Positions 38,552 to 47,855 of a stretch of DNA of 64,000 bases are shown piece by piece. Where the stretch lies: contig OY282386.1 of assembly GCA_958295945.1 (NCBI GenBank), positions 1,687,371 through 1,751,370 on the forward strand. The letters run 5' to 3'. The notes beneath the pieces were generated by a model. The model was not told the origin of the DNA. It was given only the letters and a program-made list of their open reading frames with translations, and did no database searches. The position numbers and the translations under genes are program-made. Source of the DNA: Candidatus Poribacteria bacterium (GTDB lineage Bacteria; Poribacteria; WGA-4E; WGA-3G). Each line of letters starts with the position of its first letter. The first letter of the stretch is position 1.

Positions 38552-40537
38552 TTATGTTTGCAGTTCGTCAATTTCTACGGGTATGGAACCGAAACGTTGC
38601 ACTAAATGGCGGGAAATTGAGTCTTTGAAAGCATCAAAGGTTTCCTGAACGTTCTGCTTGAACTCATCATGGAGTTGTGCTTGCTGTTCTTGAACACGAA
38701 CAAAGAGGTTGCTAATATACGTTTGTAATTCACCAAGACGTTCACTTTGTGCTTTTGTAAATGCTGCAACCGCTTCCTTAAAGACCTCCAATTCTGCTTC
38801 TAAGTATTCCTTGAACAGTGAATTCTGAAAATTCGCGAGGGCATTCTGTGCAGCATACTGAAAATCTGAGTGTATAGTCTCGTATTCTTTCTTAACTCTT
38901 TGGCTAAGTTGTTGAGAATATTTCTGAATTTCGTGTATCCTATCACCTTGGACATTAACGAACTGGGAAATCTTCTCTTTAAATGAGTCTATCTCACTCG
39001 CTAAATAAGTTCTAAAATCTTCTACAGCGACGGTATGACGTGTTATTTTCTCAAGATGGTACCCCATTACGGCTAATCGGATAGCCTCAGGGAACATCTT
39101 GCGATGATTTTTTAGCACTTTAACAATAAACTTGATATATTGGAATCCTTGTCTGGAGAACATTTGTCGTTTGATGGAAAGGAGAAATGCACGTACCTCG
39201 TCTTTCTGAATACTTCTCACGTTATGTGTTTTATACGGTATGTGTTCCAACATGGTATAACATCGGTCAAAATAATTCTTTAACGTAGGATCATACAGCG
39301 TGGATATAACGCGTCTATACTCTTTAATAAGTTGATCCCGCGGCATCTCAGGGACGAAGTTCAGACTCATATCTGTATTATTACCAGAAGATTCTAAGAG
39401 CAAACGATCTTCCTGTTTTAGTCTATGCCACAGGTCAGTTTCCTTTAGGGCAGTTAACAAACCAGCCATCGCCATGGGAATTCCGGCTTCCTGAATGAAG
39501 TCTATGTGTGAATCAAATTCTGTATCGCCATCAAGACCGATAATAAATCCACCCGTAACTTCCATTCCCTTGTGTTGTATCTTCCTGATAGAATTCAACA
39601 GGTAACTCCCAGCATCTTCTTCTTTACTTGTATTTTGTCCTTTTGAAGTGGTAATCAATGCGTCTTCATTGGGTGTTTCAATACCAAGGAAAACCATGTT
39701 AAAGCCTGCTATACTCATTGCGTCAAGCATTTCAGGAATTTCAACAAGGTTCACACTTGCTTCTGTATAGAGTGAGAACGGAAAACCGCGTTCCTCTTGC
39801 CATTCCTGCACAGCAGGAAGTAAGCGCATTGCATCACGTTTGTTACCGATAAAGTTGTCATCAACAACAAACATTGACCCGGTCCAACCGAGTTTATACA
39901 ACATTTCAAACTCGGATAACATCTGTTCATTACTTTTGGTGCGTGGCACACGTCCAAATAACTTGGTAATATCACAAAATTCGCAGTTGAACGGACATCC
40001 TCTCGAAAACTGCAGTGCCATGGATCCATAGGGCTTTAAATCAATTAGATCATATCGTGGCGGTGGTGTTTTTGTAATATCTGGTTTTTTGGTTTCTTTG
40101 TATACCTCTTTAGCTGCTCCACTTTCAAAATCAGTCATAAAGTCTTCAAATATCTCTTCAACTTCACCGAATAGAAAATGATCAACTGTGCCGTTACATT
40201 CCTCTTTGATATTATCGTAATAAGATGTTGGATGGGGTCCACCTGCAATAATCGGTACATCTGCGCGGTTACACTCTTCAACGACATCATAGAGCGATTC
40301 TTTTTGAACAATCATCGTTGATGTCAACGCCATGTCTGCCCATTCAAGGTCAGCATCCGTTAATGTATCAACGTTCATATCAACAACTTTCATGTTGTAG
40401 TTATCGGGGAACATGCCAGCAATAGTCAATAAACCGAGAGGCGGCATAGATGATTTTTTACCGATGAAGTCTAAGGCGTATTTAAAGCCCCAGTAAGAAG
40501 GTGGGAATTGGGGGTAAACAAAGAGAGCATTTGGCAT
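38552..40537 (-). CDS. B12-binding-domain radical SAM protein (class B) with a long helical C-terminal extension
   Basis: N-terminal cobalamin-binding Rossmann-like domain (PPLGLLTIAGMF...IIAGGPHPT) followed by the radical SAM CxxxCxxC motif SRGCPFNCEFCDI. About 200 aa of predicted helical C-terminus (DUF4070-like). Confidence 0.8.
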   Translation of the reverse strand: MPNALFVYPQFPPSYWGFKYALDFIGKKSSMPPLGLLTIAGMFPDNYNMKVVDMNVDTLTDADLEWADMALTSTMIVQKESLYDVVEECNRADVPIIAGGPHPTSYYDNIKEECNGTVDHFLFGEVEEIFEDFMTDFESGAAKEVYKETKKPDITKTPPPRYDLIDLKPYGSMALQFSRGCPFNCEFCDITKLFGRVPRTKSNEQMLSEFEMLYKLGWTGSMFVVDDNFIGNKRDAMRLLPAVQEWQEERGFPFSLYTEASVNLVEIPEMLDAMSIAGFNMVFLGIETPNEDALITTSKGQNTSKEEDAGSYLLNSIRKIQHKGMEVTGGFIIGLDGDTEFDSHIDFIQEAGIPMAMAGLLTALKETDLWHRLKQEDRLLLESSGNNTDMSLNFVPEMPRDQLIKEYRRVISTLYDPTLKNYFDRCYTMLEHIPYKTHNVRSIQKDEVRAFLLSIKRQMFSRQGFQYIKFIVKVLKNHRKMFPEAIRLAVMGYHLEKITRHTVAVEDFRTYLASEIDSFKEKISQFVNVQGDRIHEIQKYSQQLSQRVKKEYETIHSDFQYAAQNALANFQNSLFKEYLEAELEVFKEAVAAFTKAQSERLGELQTYISNLFVRVQEQQAQLHDEFKQNVQETFDAFKDSISRHLVQRFGSIPVEIDELQT

Positions 40538-40746
40538 AATTTGTATTATTACTCCTTGAGGACAATTCGCATGCCCGCATTGCCAACATTAAAAATAAAA
40601 GTATTATACATTTCACTATGTATAATACTACAATTAATGCTTGTTGTCAAATAATTCAATTTTAACAAGATAATATGAAATTTGACAATTGCAAAATTGA
40701 TGTTTATAATTCATGGATATTAATTTGGTTACAAGGGAGTTACAAA

Positions 40747-41262
40747 TTGAAGAAAAGTTTGATAATGCTGCTTGTTCTTGGACTTGCAGTGCTAAGTATT
40801 ACTGGTTGTGAAAAGGAAATAGTAGATTCCATGATAGATGTTGTGGATGCACCTACAAAGGATGATCCTGAGGCTTATACTGTTGCGTTAGTACAAGCTG
40901 CGATTGATCTATACAAATCTGATGGTATAGAAGCAGTGGCAACATATCATAATAATCCTGCCAATATTGACGAGCAATGGTATGTGTTCATCACAGATGA
41001 AAACGACATTTTTGTCGCACATGCACCAAGACCAGACTTAATAGGGACAGATCTCAAAGATGTCATAGGATCAGATGGATATGCTCTTGGAATAGAAATT
41101 TCAAAGGCTACCACAGCAGGACACTGGATTGAATATTTGTGGCCCAATCCGGTAAGTGGGGTTGAGGAGCAGAAACGCACGTGGGCAATCAGACACGAAG
41201 GATATATATTTGGTTCAGGATATTATGAACCTGTAGAATCAACTGAAACTGATACCAATTAG
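40747..41262 (+). CDS. Periplasmic single-Cache (sCache_2-like) domain lipoprotein
   Basis: Re-annotated start is TTG 40747, 7 nt after an AAGGGAG RBS. This gives a canonical lipoprotein signal MKKSLIMLLVLGLAVLSITGC. sCache-like core WYVFITDENDIFVAHAPRPDLIGTDLKDV...WIEYLWPNP...GYIFGSGYY. Confidence 0.6.
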   Translation: MKKSLIMLLVLGLAVLSITGCEKEIVDSMIDVVDAPTKDDPEAYTVALVQAAIDLYKSDGIEAVATYHNNPANIDEQWYVFITDENDIFVAHAPRPDLIGTDLKDVIGSDGYALGIEISKATTAGHWIEYLWPNPVSGVEEQKRTWAIRHEGYIFGSGYYEPVESTETDTN

Positions 41263-41345
41263 AATACACTTGAAGTAACAGAAATGTGTATGATAAGGCA
41301 CTTTACCTCATCATACACATTTTTCTTGCATCCTGCACTTTACAG

Positions 41346-42419
41346 TTACTCGCTGTCGGATGCTTCTGGTTCTAATTCACTCAGTTTCTCAATAAGATTA
41401 TCGATCTTCGTCTCTAATTTTCCAATCCTCATCTGAAGTTTCTCAATCTCGGAATCATTGACCTTTTTTTCGGACTTAGATGGGGTTAGTGACATCACCT
41501 TTACATCACCTCCTATTATTCCAGTACTAATATGAGGTGTCGCACCCTTAATGAGTTCCATAACCTTTTTCGCTAACTCATCAGATGCAAGGTCTTCGTC
41601 TTTTGCAAGTTTGCTTATATTCTCACCTAATTCCTTAAGCCCTTTCGCATTCTTAAGCGTTTTTGTTGTTACATAAGGACCGTATGTATAAACCTGGACA
41701 TTGTCTTTGTCGTTGACAACGGATGAGTCAACCTCTATGCTCATAACAAGGTCCTGCATCTCTTCTATCAACTTATCAGAATCAAGGTCTTCATCAGAGG
41801 CAAGTTCCTTTATTTTGTCCTCTAATTCCTTAAACCCTTTTGCGTCTTTCAAGATTGTTGTGGTTGCATAGGGACCGAATTCAAGTACCATTGCTATGTC
41901 CCCATCAATGTCTGCGGCTTTGACAATCTTCATGTCATCAACAAGTTCCATTATCTTCTTCGCAATCTCATCAGAATTAAGGTTTCCATCTTCTACAAGT
42001 TTTTGGATCTTCTCCTTTAATTCCTTAATTTCTTTGGACTCATCGGAAGAATCTAATATTACCTTCGGTTCTGATATTTTAACCTTTACACCTTCTATGT
42101 CCTTGAGACTATTAGAATGTTCTTTTAACTTCTTTAATAGTGCGTCAACATCTATTTTTCTTTTGTTTAGGATTCCATCTGTGTTAAGTTCCTCAATCCC
42201 TTTGACTGCTTCGTTAACTTTATCTAAAACTTCTTTCAGCTTGTCTTCCGTTTCTACAAACTCTGTTTCTGTTTCCACATTAACTTTATCATCTTTGGAG
42301 TCTTCTGTGGATTCGGAGTTCTTTTCAGTAGATTCAGCATTTAAATGTGCAACAGGAAACGTAACCATTCCCAAAATGACCAAGGTCATGAGAATACGAA
42401 CAAACTTTTGTAATTTCAT
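41346..42419 (-). CDS. Secreted acidic repetitive coiled-coil protein (unknown function)
   Basis: Signal peptide MKLQKFVRILMTLVILGMVTFPVAHLNA. Three ~55-aa internal repeats (E.I.KL..D.DL.SDEL.KK.MEL...FGPY.TT..LK.AKG.KEL). Very high Asp/Glu/Lys content. Confidence 0.5.
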   Translation of the reverse strand: MKLQKFVRILMTLVILGMVTFPVAHLNAESTEKNSESTEDSKDDKVNVETETEFVETEDKLKEVLDKVNEAVKGIEELNTDGILNKRKIDVDALLKKLKEHSNSLKDIEGVKVKISEPKVILDSSDESKEIKELKEKIQKLVEDGNLNSDEIAKKIMELVDDMKIVKAADIDGDIAMVLEFGPYATTTILKDAKGFKELEDKIKELASDEDLDSDKLIEEMQDLVMSIEVDSSVVNDKDNVQVYTYGPYVTTKTLKNAKGLKELGENISKLAKDEDLASDELAKKVMELIKGATPHISTGIIGGDVKVMSLTPSKSEKKVNDSEIEKLQMRIGKLETKIDNLIEKLSELEPEASDSE

Positions 42420-42590
42420 TGATTTTCTCCATTAAAAAGTATAGTTTTTATGTGATTAGTTTAACATTCTGTAATCAGAAAAGATTCCAGAATGATTGAT
42501 TTCTTTGGGACTTACACTGTCTTATACACTCAAGGCAAAAGATGGTTCCATTAATTTAGAAGAATTATACTGACATTTATCAGAATAGCG

Positions 42591-42845
42591 GTGCATCCAC
42601 TCTGTCGTGTCCAAGCCACAAGTCCAACATTTGGTGAGTGTCCTGTGCTCTTCTTTTCAGATATGGGAAAGGGACGCACACTCTTGGTTTTTAGGAAACC
42701 ACTCCGCACTTGTGAAGCACTCAGAATATGGTCTCAACACAACGGGATCGAACACTATTGGAGACAATTGAAATCCAGTCTGCACTTGTCCGAAAGAACC
42801 TTGATAACTATTGATTTAGGACATTTTTTGATATATATCAGTTAA
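42591..42845 (+). pseudogene. Possible IS630/Tc1-mariner transposase C-terminal remnant
   Basis: The 84-aa ORF contains HNGIEHYWRQLKSSL, resembling the conserved C-terminal (D)xNPIEhxWxxLK motif of IS630/Tc1 DDE transposases. No N-terminal part or TIRs are recognisable. Confidence 0.3.
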
Positions 42846-43068
42846 TGTTTTAATATGTTTCAATAATCAATCAAAGTAAATTTGAGGTATCATACTCAAT
42901 CGGATTTAGGCATAATTATTTTGATATGGTTTAGACAAATTAATATCATGAAAAAATAATTTGTAATGACCAACTGCTATTTTACTCTATATATGGAATT
43001 GGATAATGAGGTGGTTTTTATGTCTTGCTTTGTGTATTGTGGCGGGATTCTTGACATGGTGATTTTGA

Positions 43069-44502
43069 TTAATGTTTTTGCACAACATTAATTTTCTTCC
43101 ATGCAATAACGGCAACACCGAACAAAGCAAAACCGAAGATAGTAAATGGCATTTGCCACAGCAGAAAACTCATATGTGTATGGATGTATGAGTGTGCTTT
43201 GAAGATTACAAACCACGATATTGGAGCTAAGATTGAAAACCACGTTGTCCAAAATAATGCTTTGTATTTCTGTGAAAGTTCCTCTTTAACCCTTTTGATC
43301 TGCACAAATAGTAGAACAGATATTGCTAAAAACAGAACTATGAGATAATAATAGCGTATTTTGAATAGGTGGTTTGTGATAAATGCATTTGTTTGGGAAA
43401 GATAGTTGTTGAAATCAAAGAAAACACCATTCATGTAGGTAATGACGACCCCTATTGCTCCTGCTTCAAGACTTGCTGCATATACGGGTGGAAAGTCTTC
43501 TGCTTCTCCATAAGTCCGCTTTCCAAACGACCATATCACATGCTCAATTCCATCCATAAATCCACCCTTGACAGCACCAATCTGGTAACATAACATTATT
43601 AGACTAAATAATATTGCAACACCAGTACCGACTACTGTTGCAAACGAATATTTCAGACATTGATCTCTGTTCCATTTGTCAAGAATAGCATAGTAGATAC
43701 ACGGTGCCACCATCATTATCAGTGTTGTAGTGATGTATTCGTATCCGTTGATGAAACACTTTATGGAGACTGCAATGAAGATTAGAATACCGAACTTTAC
43801 AAACTGAAGGTTCTCTGAGTTTCTGTGGCGTTTAAGATGGTAGAGTACGACAATCATCGGTAGGTAGAACGCCCATAAACTCCACCATAGATTGCGACCA
43901 AAGACTGTCAACCATTGGGAAAGTATAACCGAACATAGGACGCATAATCCAACCCATCCACCGAATTCCTCATAGAACCAACCGATAACATAAGTGATTG
44001 CAAGTGCAGAGAATAGAGACGTTAAACCCCAAAAAATCCACAACTTGACTATAGGTGAAAATGGTATGATCTTCTCAATCAAACTGAAAATCATGCCTTG
44101 ACCACCAGGTTGTGAGTTGTAGGTTGAGAATGTATCAAAAGTATGCCCATTGAGATAGGCTATATATTGGTTAACTACCTTCTTTGTAGTTTCTGTATCA
44201 TTTTCAACTATCGTGACGAGTCCATCTCCATTCAGACCTCCAGCGGAGAGAATACCGTCCTGTCGAGATTTGACCATTCTTCCCATTATATGGCCTTCAG
44301 TATCACGTTGATGATTCTTGAACCAGTTTTGTTCTGCGACTCGCCATGCATTCGTATAGAATCCTGCGAAAATTAACATGGTTGACAAAACCCATATTCT
44401 AACCTTCTTTAGATTATTTGACTTACTAAGATTTTTGAGGAGTGATGTTAGCATAATGTTCATTGTGTAGAGTTTATTATGAATAATTACATCCTTTATC
44501 AA
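43069..44502 (-). CDS. Polytopic integral membrane protein (unknown function)
   Basis: About 10 predicted hydrophobic helices. An N-terminal soluble loop with GGLNGDG. No recognisable family. The start may be at an internal Met. Confidence 0.5.
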   Translation of the reverse strand: MIKDVIIHNKLYTMNIMLTSLLKNLSKSNNLKKVRIWVLSTMLIFAGFYTNAWRVAEQNWFKNHQRDTEGHIMGRMVKSRQDGILSAGGLNGDGLVTIVENDTETTKKVVNQYIAYLNGHTFDTFSTYNSQPGGQGMIFSLIEKIIPFSPIVKLWIFWGLTSLFSALAITYVIGWFYEEFGGWVGLCVLCSVILSQWLTVFGRNLWWSLWAFYLPMIVVLYHLKRHRNSENLQFVKFGILIFIAVSIKCFINGYEYITTTLIMMVAPCIYYAILDKWNRDQCLKYSFATVVGTGVAILFSLIMLCYQIGAVKGGFMDGIEHVIWSFGKRTYGEAEDFPPVYAASLEAGAIGVVITYMNGVFFDFNNYLSQTNAFITNHLFKIRYYYLIVLFLAISVLLFVQIKRVKEELSQKYKALFWTTWFSILAPISWFVIFKAHSYIHTHMSFLLWQMPFTIFGFALFGVAVIAWKKINVVQKH

Positions 44503-44576
44503 TCTTAGGTGTCAAAACCCCGTTGCTTTAGCTCGGGGATGTAGACACCGCTCCTGTATTGTGTCAAGGAAAAGCC

Positions 44577-44606
44577 TTGACTTTGTTCAATAAATGTGGT
44601 ATTCTG
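44577..44606 (+). promoter_or_regulatory. Candidate sigma70-type promoter (TTGACT-17 nt-TATTCT) directed into a gene-free, structured region
   Basis: TTGACTttgttcaataaatgtggTATTCT. Downstream, 44616-44672 can form a pseudoknot-like arrangement: ggatagga/tcctatcc, cacctac/gtaggtg and gagcaatc/gattgctc. Confidence 0.25.
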
Positions 44607-45029
44607 TTCCTATCAACTGGATAGGAGAGCAATCACCTACGTTCTGTAGGTGTCCTATCCAATCCGATTGCTCGGACAGAGTTGATGTTGATAACCTCAA
44701 CAATACCACATTCGGTTGTGTTCATTGCAAGTTGTGATCCTTGCCAGTCGTTTGTGATGAGTTCTGCATTCGCTATATAGGATTGTGTAGGTGTTCCCTC
44801 CACAACTGCGAAATAAACAGAACGCAAAACTAAAGTATCTGGGTCGCTCAGTGGGGATACCTCATAAGGACCCTGTTAGTCGTGTCTTGGCGGGCACCCA
44901 CACAGTTGCTGTGCAGGTCAACTTGACTTAAAATCAAGTGAGTATGCTATAAGCATATAAAAGAGGTTTCCCACACTTTCAAAAAACGGAGGGTGTCCGT
45001 GAGAAAGTGACCTAAAGGAAACCCCATCC

Positions 45030-45180
45030 TTTAGGTTGGGGAGCCGTCATTCCATGCTGTACAAACAGCAAAACCAAAAAGCGTAAACGGTATCTTTCAT
45101 AGAAGAAAACTCATGAGTATATGAACATGAGAGTGTGTCTTGAAGTTAATAAATCACGAGATGTGTGTTCTTTGATTGAT
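45030..45180 (-). pseudogene. Decayed 3'-end remnant of a paralogue of the membrane protein gene 43069-44502
   Basis: Nucleotides 45040-45160 align at ~70% identity with 43090-43215, the C-terminal coding end of the membrane protein (shared ccatgc...agcaaaacc.aa...agaagaaaactcat..gt.tat..a..t..gagtgtg..ttgaag.t.a.aaa.cacga). There is no intact ORF. Confidence 0.45.
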
Positions 45181-45327
45181 TCATGCGATTAGATAGTCTA
45201 TTCAACATATAATGTAGACTTGATATGATACAATAGGTGAATGACAGTATTGAATTACTGTAAGGACATATAAAATAGAAGTTTGAAGAGCCAAACACAG
45301 TATTTTAATTTTTGAATAGAGATTTCT

Positions 45328-47397
45328 TCACCATTGATTTGCTGGAGCCATCTTCCAACCCGTTACATCAGCCTTAATATCCCCACCTTTACTGAATAGG
45401 CATATTCCAATATCTTCAGGATTATGTATTTTTCTGTCTATTACTGCTTGACGTTCATTGATAAAAACTTCCACAAGCGGTCTGTCAAGAAATATGCGTA
45501 AGTTTAAATCCTCTCCCTTTAGCAATTCGAACGGTGCCTCACCGTAAGGTTGAGAACTGCCATACGGTTTAATCTCATCATTCCCATCTCCCACCGAAAC
45601 AATCATCTTATCAGCAGAATAGAATATCTCAATCCCCTTTTTGTTGTCTTTGTTGCAGAATACTTTTACACCGTAGTCAATTGCATCAGTAGGTTTGATT
45701 GTGACACTGAGTTCAAGCGTATCACCTGAGATGTTCTTCAGTTTATATTCTTCACCGTTTTTAACTGTAATGTTGTTCTCAACTGTTTGGTTATAGCGGA
45801 GACATTCAAGCTCTCGTACTGGTTTAATTCGGACAATCCCGTCATCAGGAAGCCTCAACTCCCAAGGCAATGAGAAAACACAACTCCATAAAGTGTTACC
45901 AAGGTTAGACAGTAGGTTGGTAATAACAACTCTACGTCCATCTGGTGTTAGAAAAGTCTTCGGTGCCCAATAGATAGGTATGCCACGATAATTGTTACGC
46001 CAACTCATTCTGGTATGATATTCGGGTGTGAACTTGTCATTTTTCCATTCACCAAGATAGTATCGCGCTCCCCAACCATGACTGATAAGTAGCATCATGT
46101 GCTTGTTGCCTAGTTTGAAGAAATCGGGACAGGAATGGTCGTGATGTTCAAGTCCAGGTAATTCCTTCGTCATAAATTGACCGAGAAACTCCCAGTTTTT
46201 AAAGTCTTTTGAGCGCATGAGTGTTGTTCTTTTATACCAATTGCCAAATCCTGGACGTGTATCCTCCATAGCATGGTCACCCGTAAAAATGTAATAGTAA
46301 TCACCCTCCACCCAAGTCGTTGGATCCCAGAAAGTCCAATACTCAGCATCCCGTGCCTCTTGTGGCACATCTATCTCAATAGGTTTAGACCAGTTCTCCA
46401 AATGCTCATCTGATGCTTCAATGTAAGTTGCACGTCCACCGAATATGCCAACAAAGATAACTTTCTTACCATCTTTTGTGATAATCGTGCCACCAGTGCC
46501 ACAGCCACCACTGCCCAAGGCACAATCCCTACGCCTTCTCCAATGAACAAGGTCGGTACTAGTGAAGTGACCGAAAGCGTGTTCGTCACCCTTGTACATA
46601 TAACCGAAATGATACTGTCCTTTCCAATAGATCATAAAATTCGGATCAAATGGATAGTTTCTTTCGGAATCTCCATCGGAGTTAACCAGATGATATGTCG
46701 GACGACTTGGATCATGCATGAGTCGTTGGCGAAAATCACGAACAATACGAACTGCTTCGTTGTCCATGGTAAACATGTGTCTATCGTCGCGATCAAAAAC
46801 TATGTAATCGTCCTCTTCATTCTCCTTCACTGCTGCTCTGTTCACAAACTCAGGAAATTTTCCTACACGGTCTTCCCACCATTCATCTTGCGAGAAGTCA
46901 TACCAACTGAATGGTTGTATATCCGATGATTCATTAGGCTTTAACTTCATAATTTCTTCCTGCGTTAAAGCTTCTGCATATATTCGGACATCCTTAACTT
47001 TTCCCTTGAATGATGTAGCATAGTTAGGATTTAAATTGACACATCCAATTACGAGTTGGAGGTAAGGACTGTTTAGAAAATCAAAAGGTTCTTCAATAAT
47101 ATAGTTTGTGTACACTTCTCCATCACGATAAACGATAACAGAATTATCCTTGTAGACAGCTGCCATCATCATGAATTGTCCAAGGATGATTTCTTGTTCT
47201 GGATTCTGTGCCAGTTGCTCTGGACTTTGTGTGCGTGTGTTTTCATCACTCGCAGTAGACCACTTACCTGGAACGTCATTTCCAAAAGCAAGTGCGTCAT
47301 ATTTGTCTGCTGCTTGCACGGTAATTACGCTACAGTGTTTTGGATCTTCCTCATCAAAACAGAACCAACTAACGAGTGTCTTATTTGTTGATGTCAT
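45328..47397 (-). CDS. GH32-like (clan GH-J, five-bladed beta-propeller) glycoside hydrolase with an N-terminal LamG-like domain
   Basis: Start preferred at the internal Met (MTSTNK) because a GAGGAAGG RBS lies 7 nt upstream. GH32-like blocks HLVNSDGD...FDPNFMIYWKGQYHFGYMY, WTFWDPTTW (RDP-like) and SCPDFFKLG (ECPDFF-like). N-terminal concanavalin-like domain VKDVRIYAEALTQEEI. Confidence 0.55.
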   Translation of the reverse strand: MTSTNKTLVSWFCFDEEDPKHCSVITVQAADKYDALAFGNDVPGKWSTASDENTRTQSPEQLAQNPEQEIILGQFMMMAAVYKDNSVIVYRDGEVYTNYIIEEPFDFLNSPYLQLVIGCVNLNPNYATSFKGKVKDVRIYAEALTQEEIMKLKPNESSDIQPFSWYDFSQDEWWEDRVGKFPEFVNRAAVKENEEDDYIVFDRDDRHMFTMDNEAVRIVRDFRQRLMHDPSRPTYHLVNSDGDSERNYPFDPNFMIYWKGQYHFGYMYKGDEHAFGHFTSTDLVHWRRRRDCALGSGGCGTGGTIITKDGKKVIFVGIFGGRATYIEASDEHLENWSKPIEIDVPQEARDAEYWTFWDPTTWVEGDYYYIFTGDHAMEDTRPGFGNWYKRTTLMRSKDFKNWEFLGQFMTKELPGLEHHDHSCPDFFKLGNKHMMLLISHGWGARYYLGEWKNDKFTPEYHTRMSWRNNYRGIPIYWAPKTFLTPDGRRVVITNLLSNLGNTLWSCVFSLPWELRLPDDGIVRIKPVRELECLRYNQTVENNITVKNGEEYKLKNISGDTLELSVTIKPTDAIDYGVKVFCNKDNKKGIEIFYSADKMIVSVGDGNDEIKPYGSSQPYGEAPFELLKGEDLNLRIFLDRPLVEVFINERQAVIDRKIHNPEDIGICLFSKGGDIKADVTGWKMAPANQW

Positions 47398-47570
47398 TGG
47401 GACACCTTCCTCTCTGTTATATGTCTGATGCGACAATTGTTGAGGCAGCATGTAAGGTGGGTTCTTTCAGATTAAGAACTACTGTCACCGTTTTTCACCA
47501 GGTTTTCGAAATTTAGAAGAATAACTATCTCCTTCTGGATCATACGAAACTGCCACTTGTCCTTCTACTA

Positions 47571-47855
47571 CTAACAATCACGGTCCTGTCCGTACAATTG
47601 AGGTGCTTGCTCCAGTCGGAATCCGTGTCCGACAATCTGATTCAGATACCACACCAATTTTGGATGTACCAATAAGTCCCGGAAGAATTCTCGGTATGGA
47701 CTTGTCCCACCTAATAGCGTATCACTCTCTCCAATAAACTCTAATGCCTCGTTTAATGCTGCGACTTCATCTTGTGTAAGCACACTTGGAATATGTAAAT
47801 ATCCTGCTACATCAAAAGCATAATTCTCTTCATTACTCATAGTGTCATCGTCCAT
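47571..47855 (-). pseudogene. Truncated PhyH-family dioxygenase (N-terminal 94 aa only)
   Basis: NYAFDVAGYLHIPSVLTQDEVAALNEA resembles the PhyH N-terminus (compare 20677-21537). The ORF ends after 94 aa with no catalytic domain, and only 120 bp separate it from the next gene. Confidence 0.45.

Noticed and set aside
37021-38571. TTG start at 38571 for the ABC ATPase
   Set aside because: It would overlap the upstream radical SAM gene by 20 nt and add 14 residues before an otherwise typical NBD N-terminus. The internal ATG at 38529 is preferred, though neither has a strong RBS.
44633-44827. 64-aa minus-strand ORF
   Set aside because: No RBS, no conservation signal and an odd composition. It lies within a region better explained as decayed or structured non-coding DNA.
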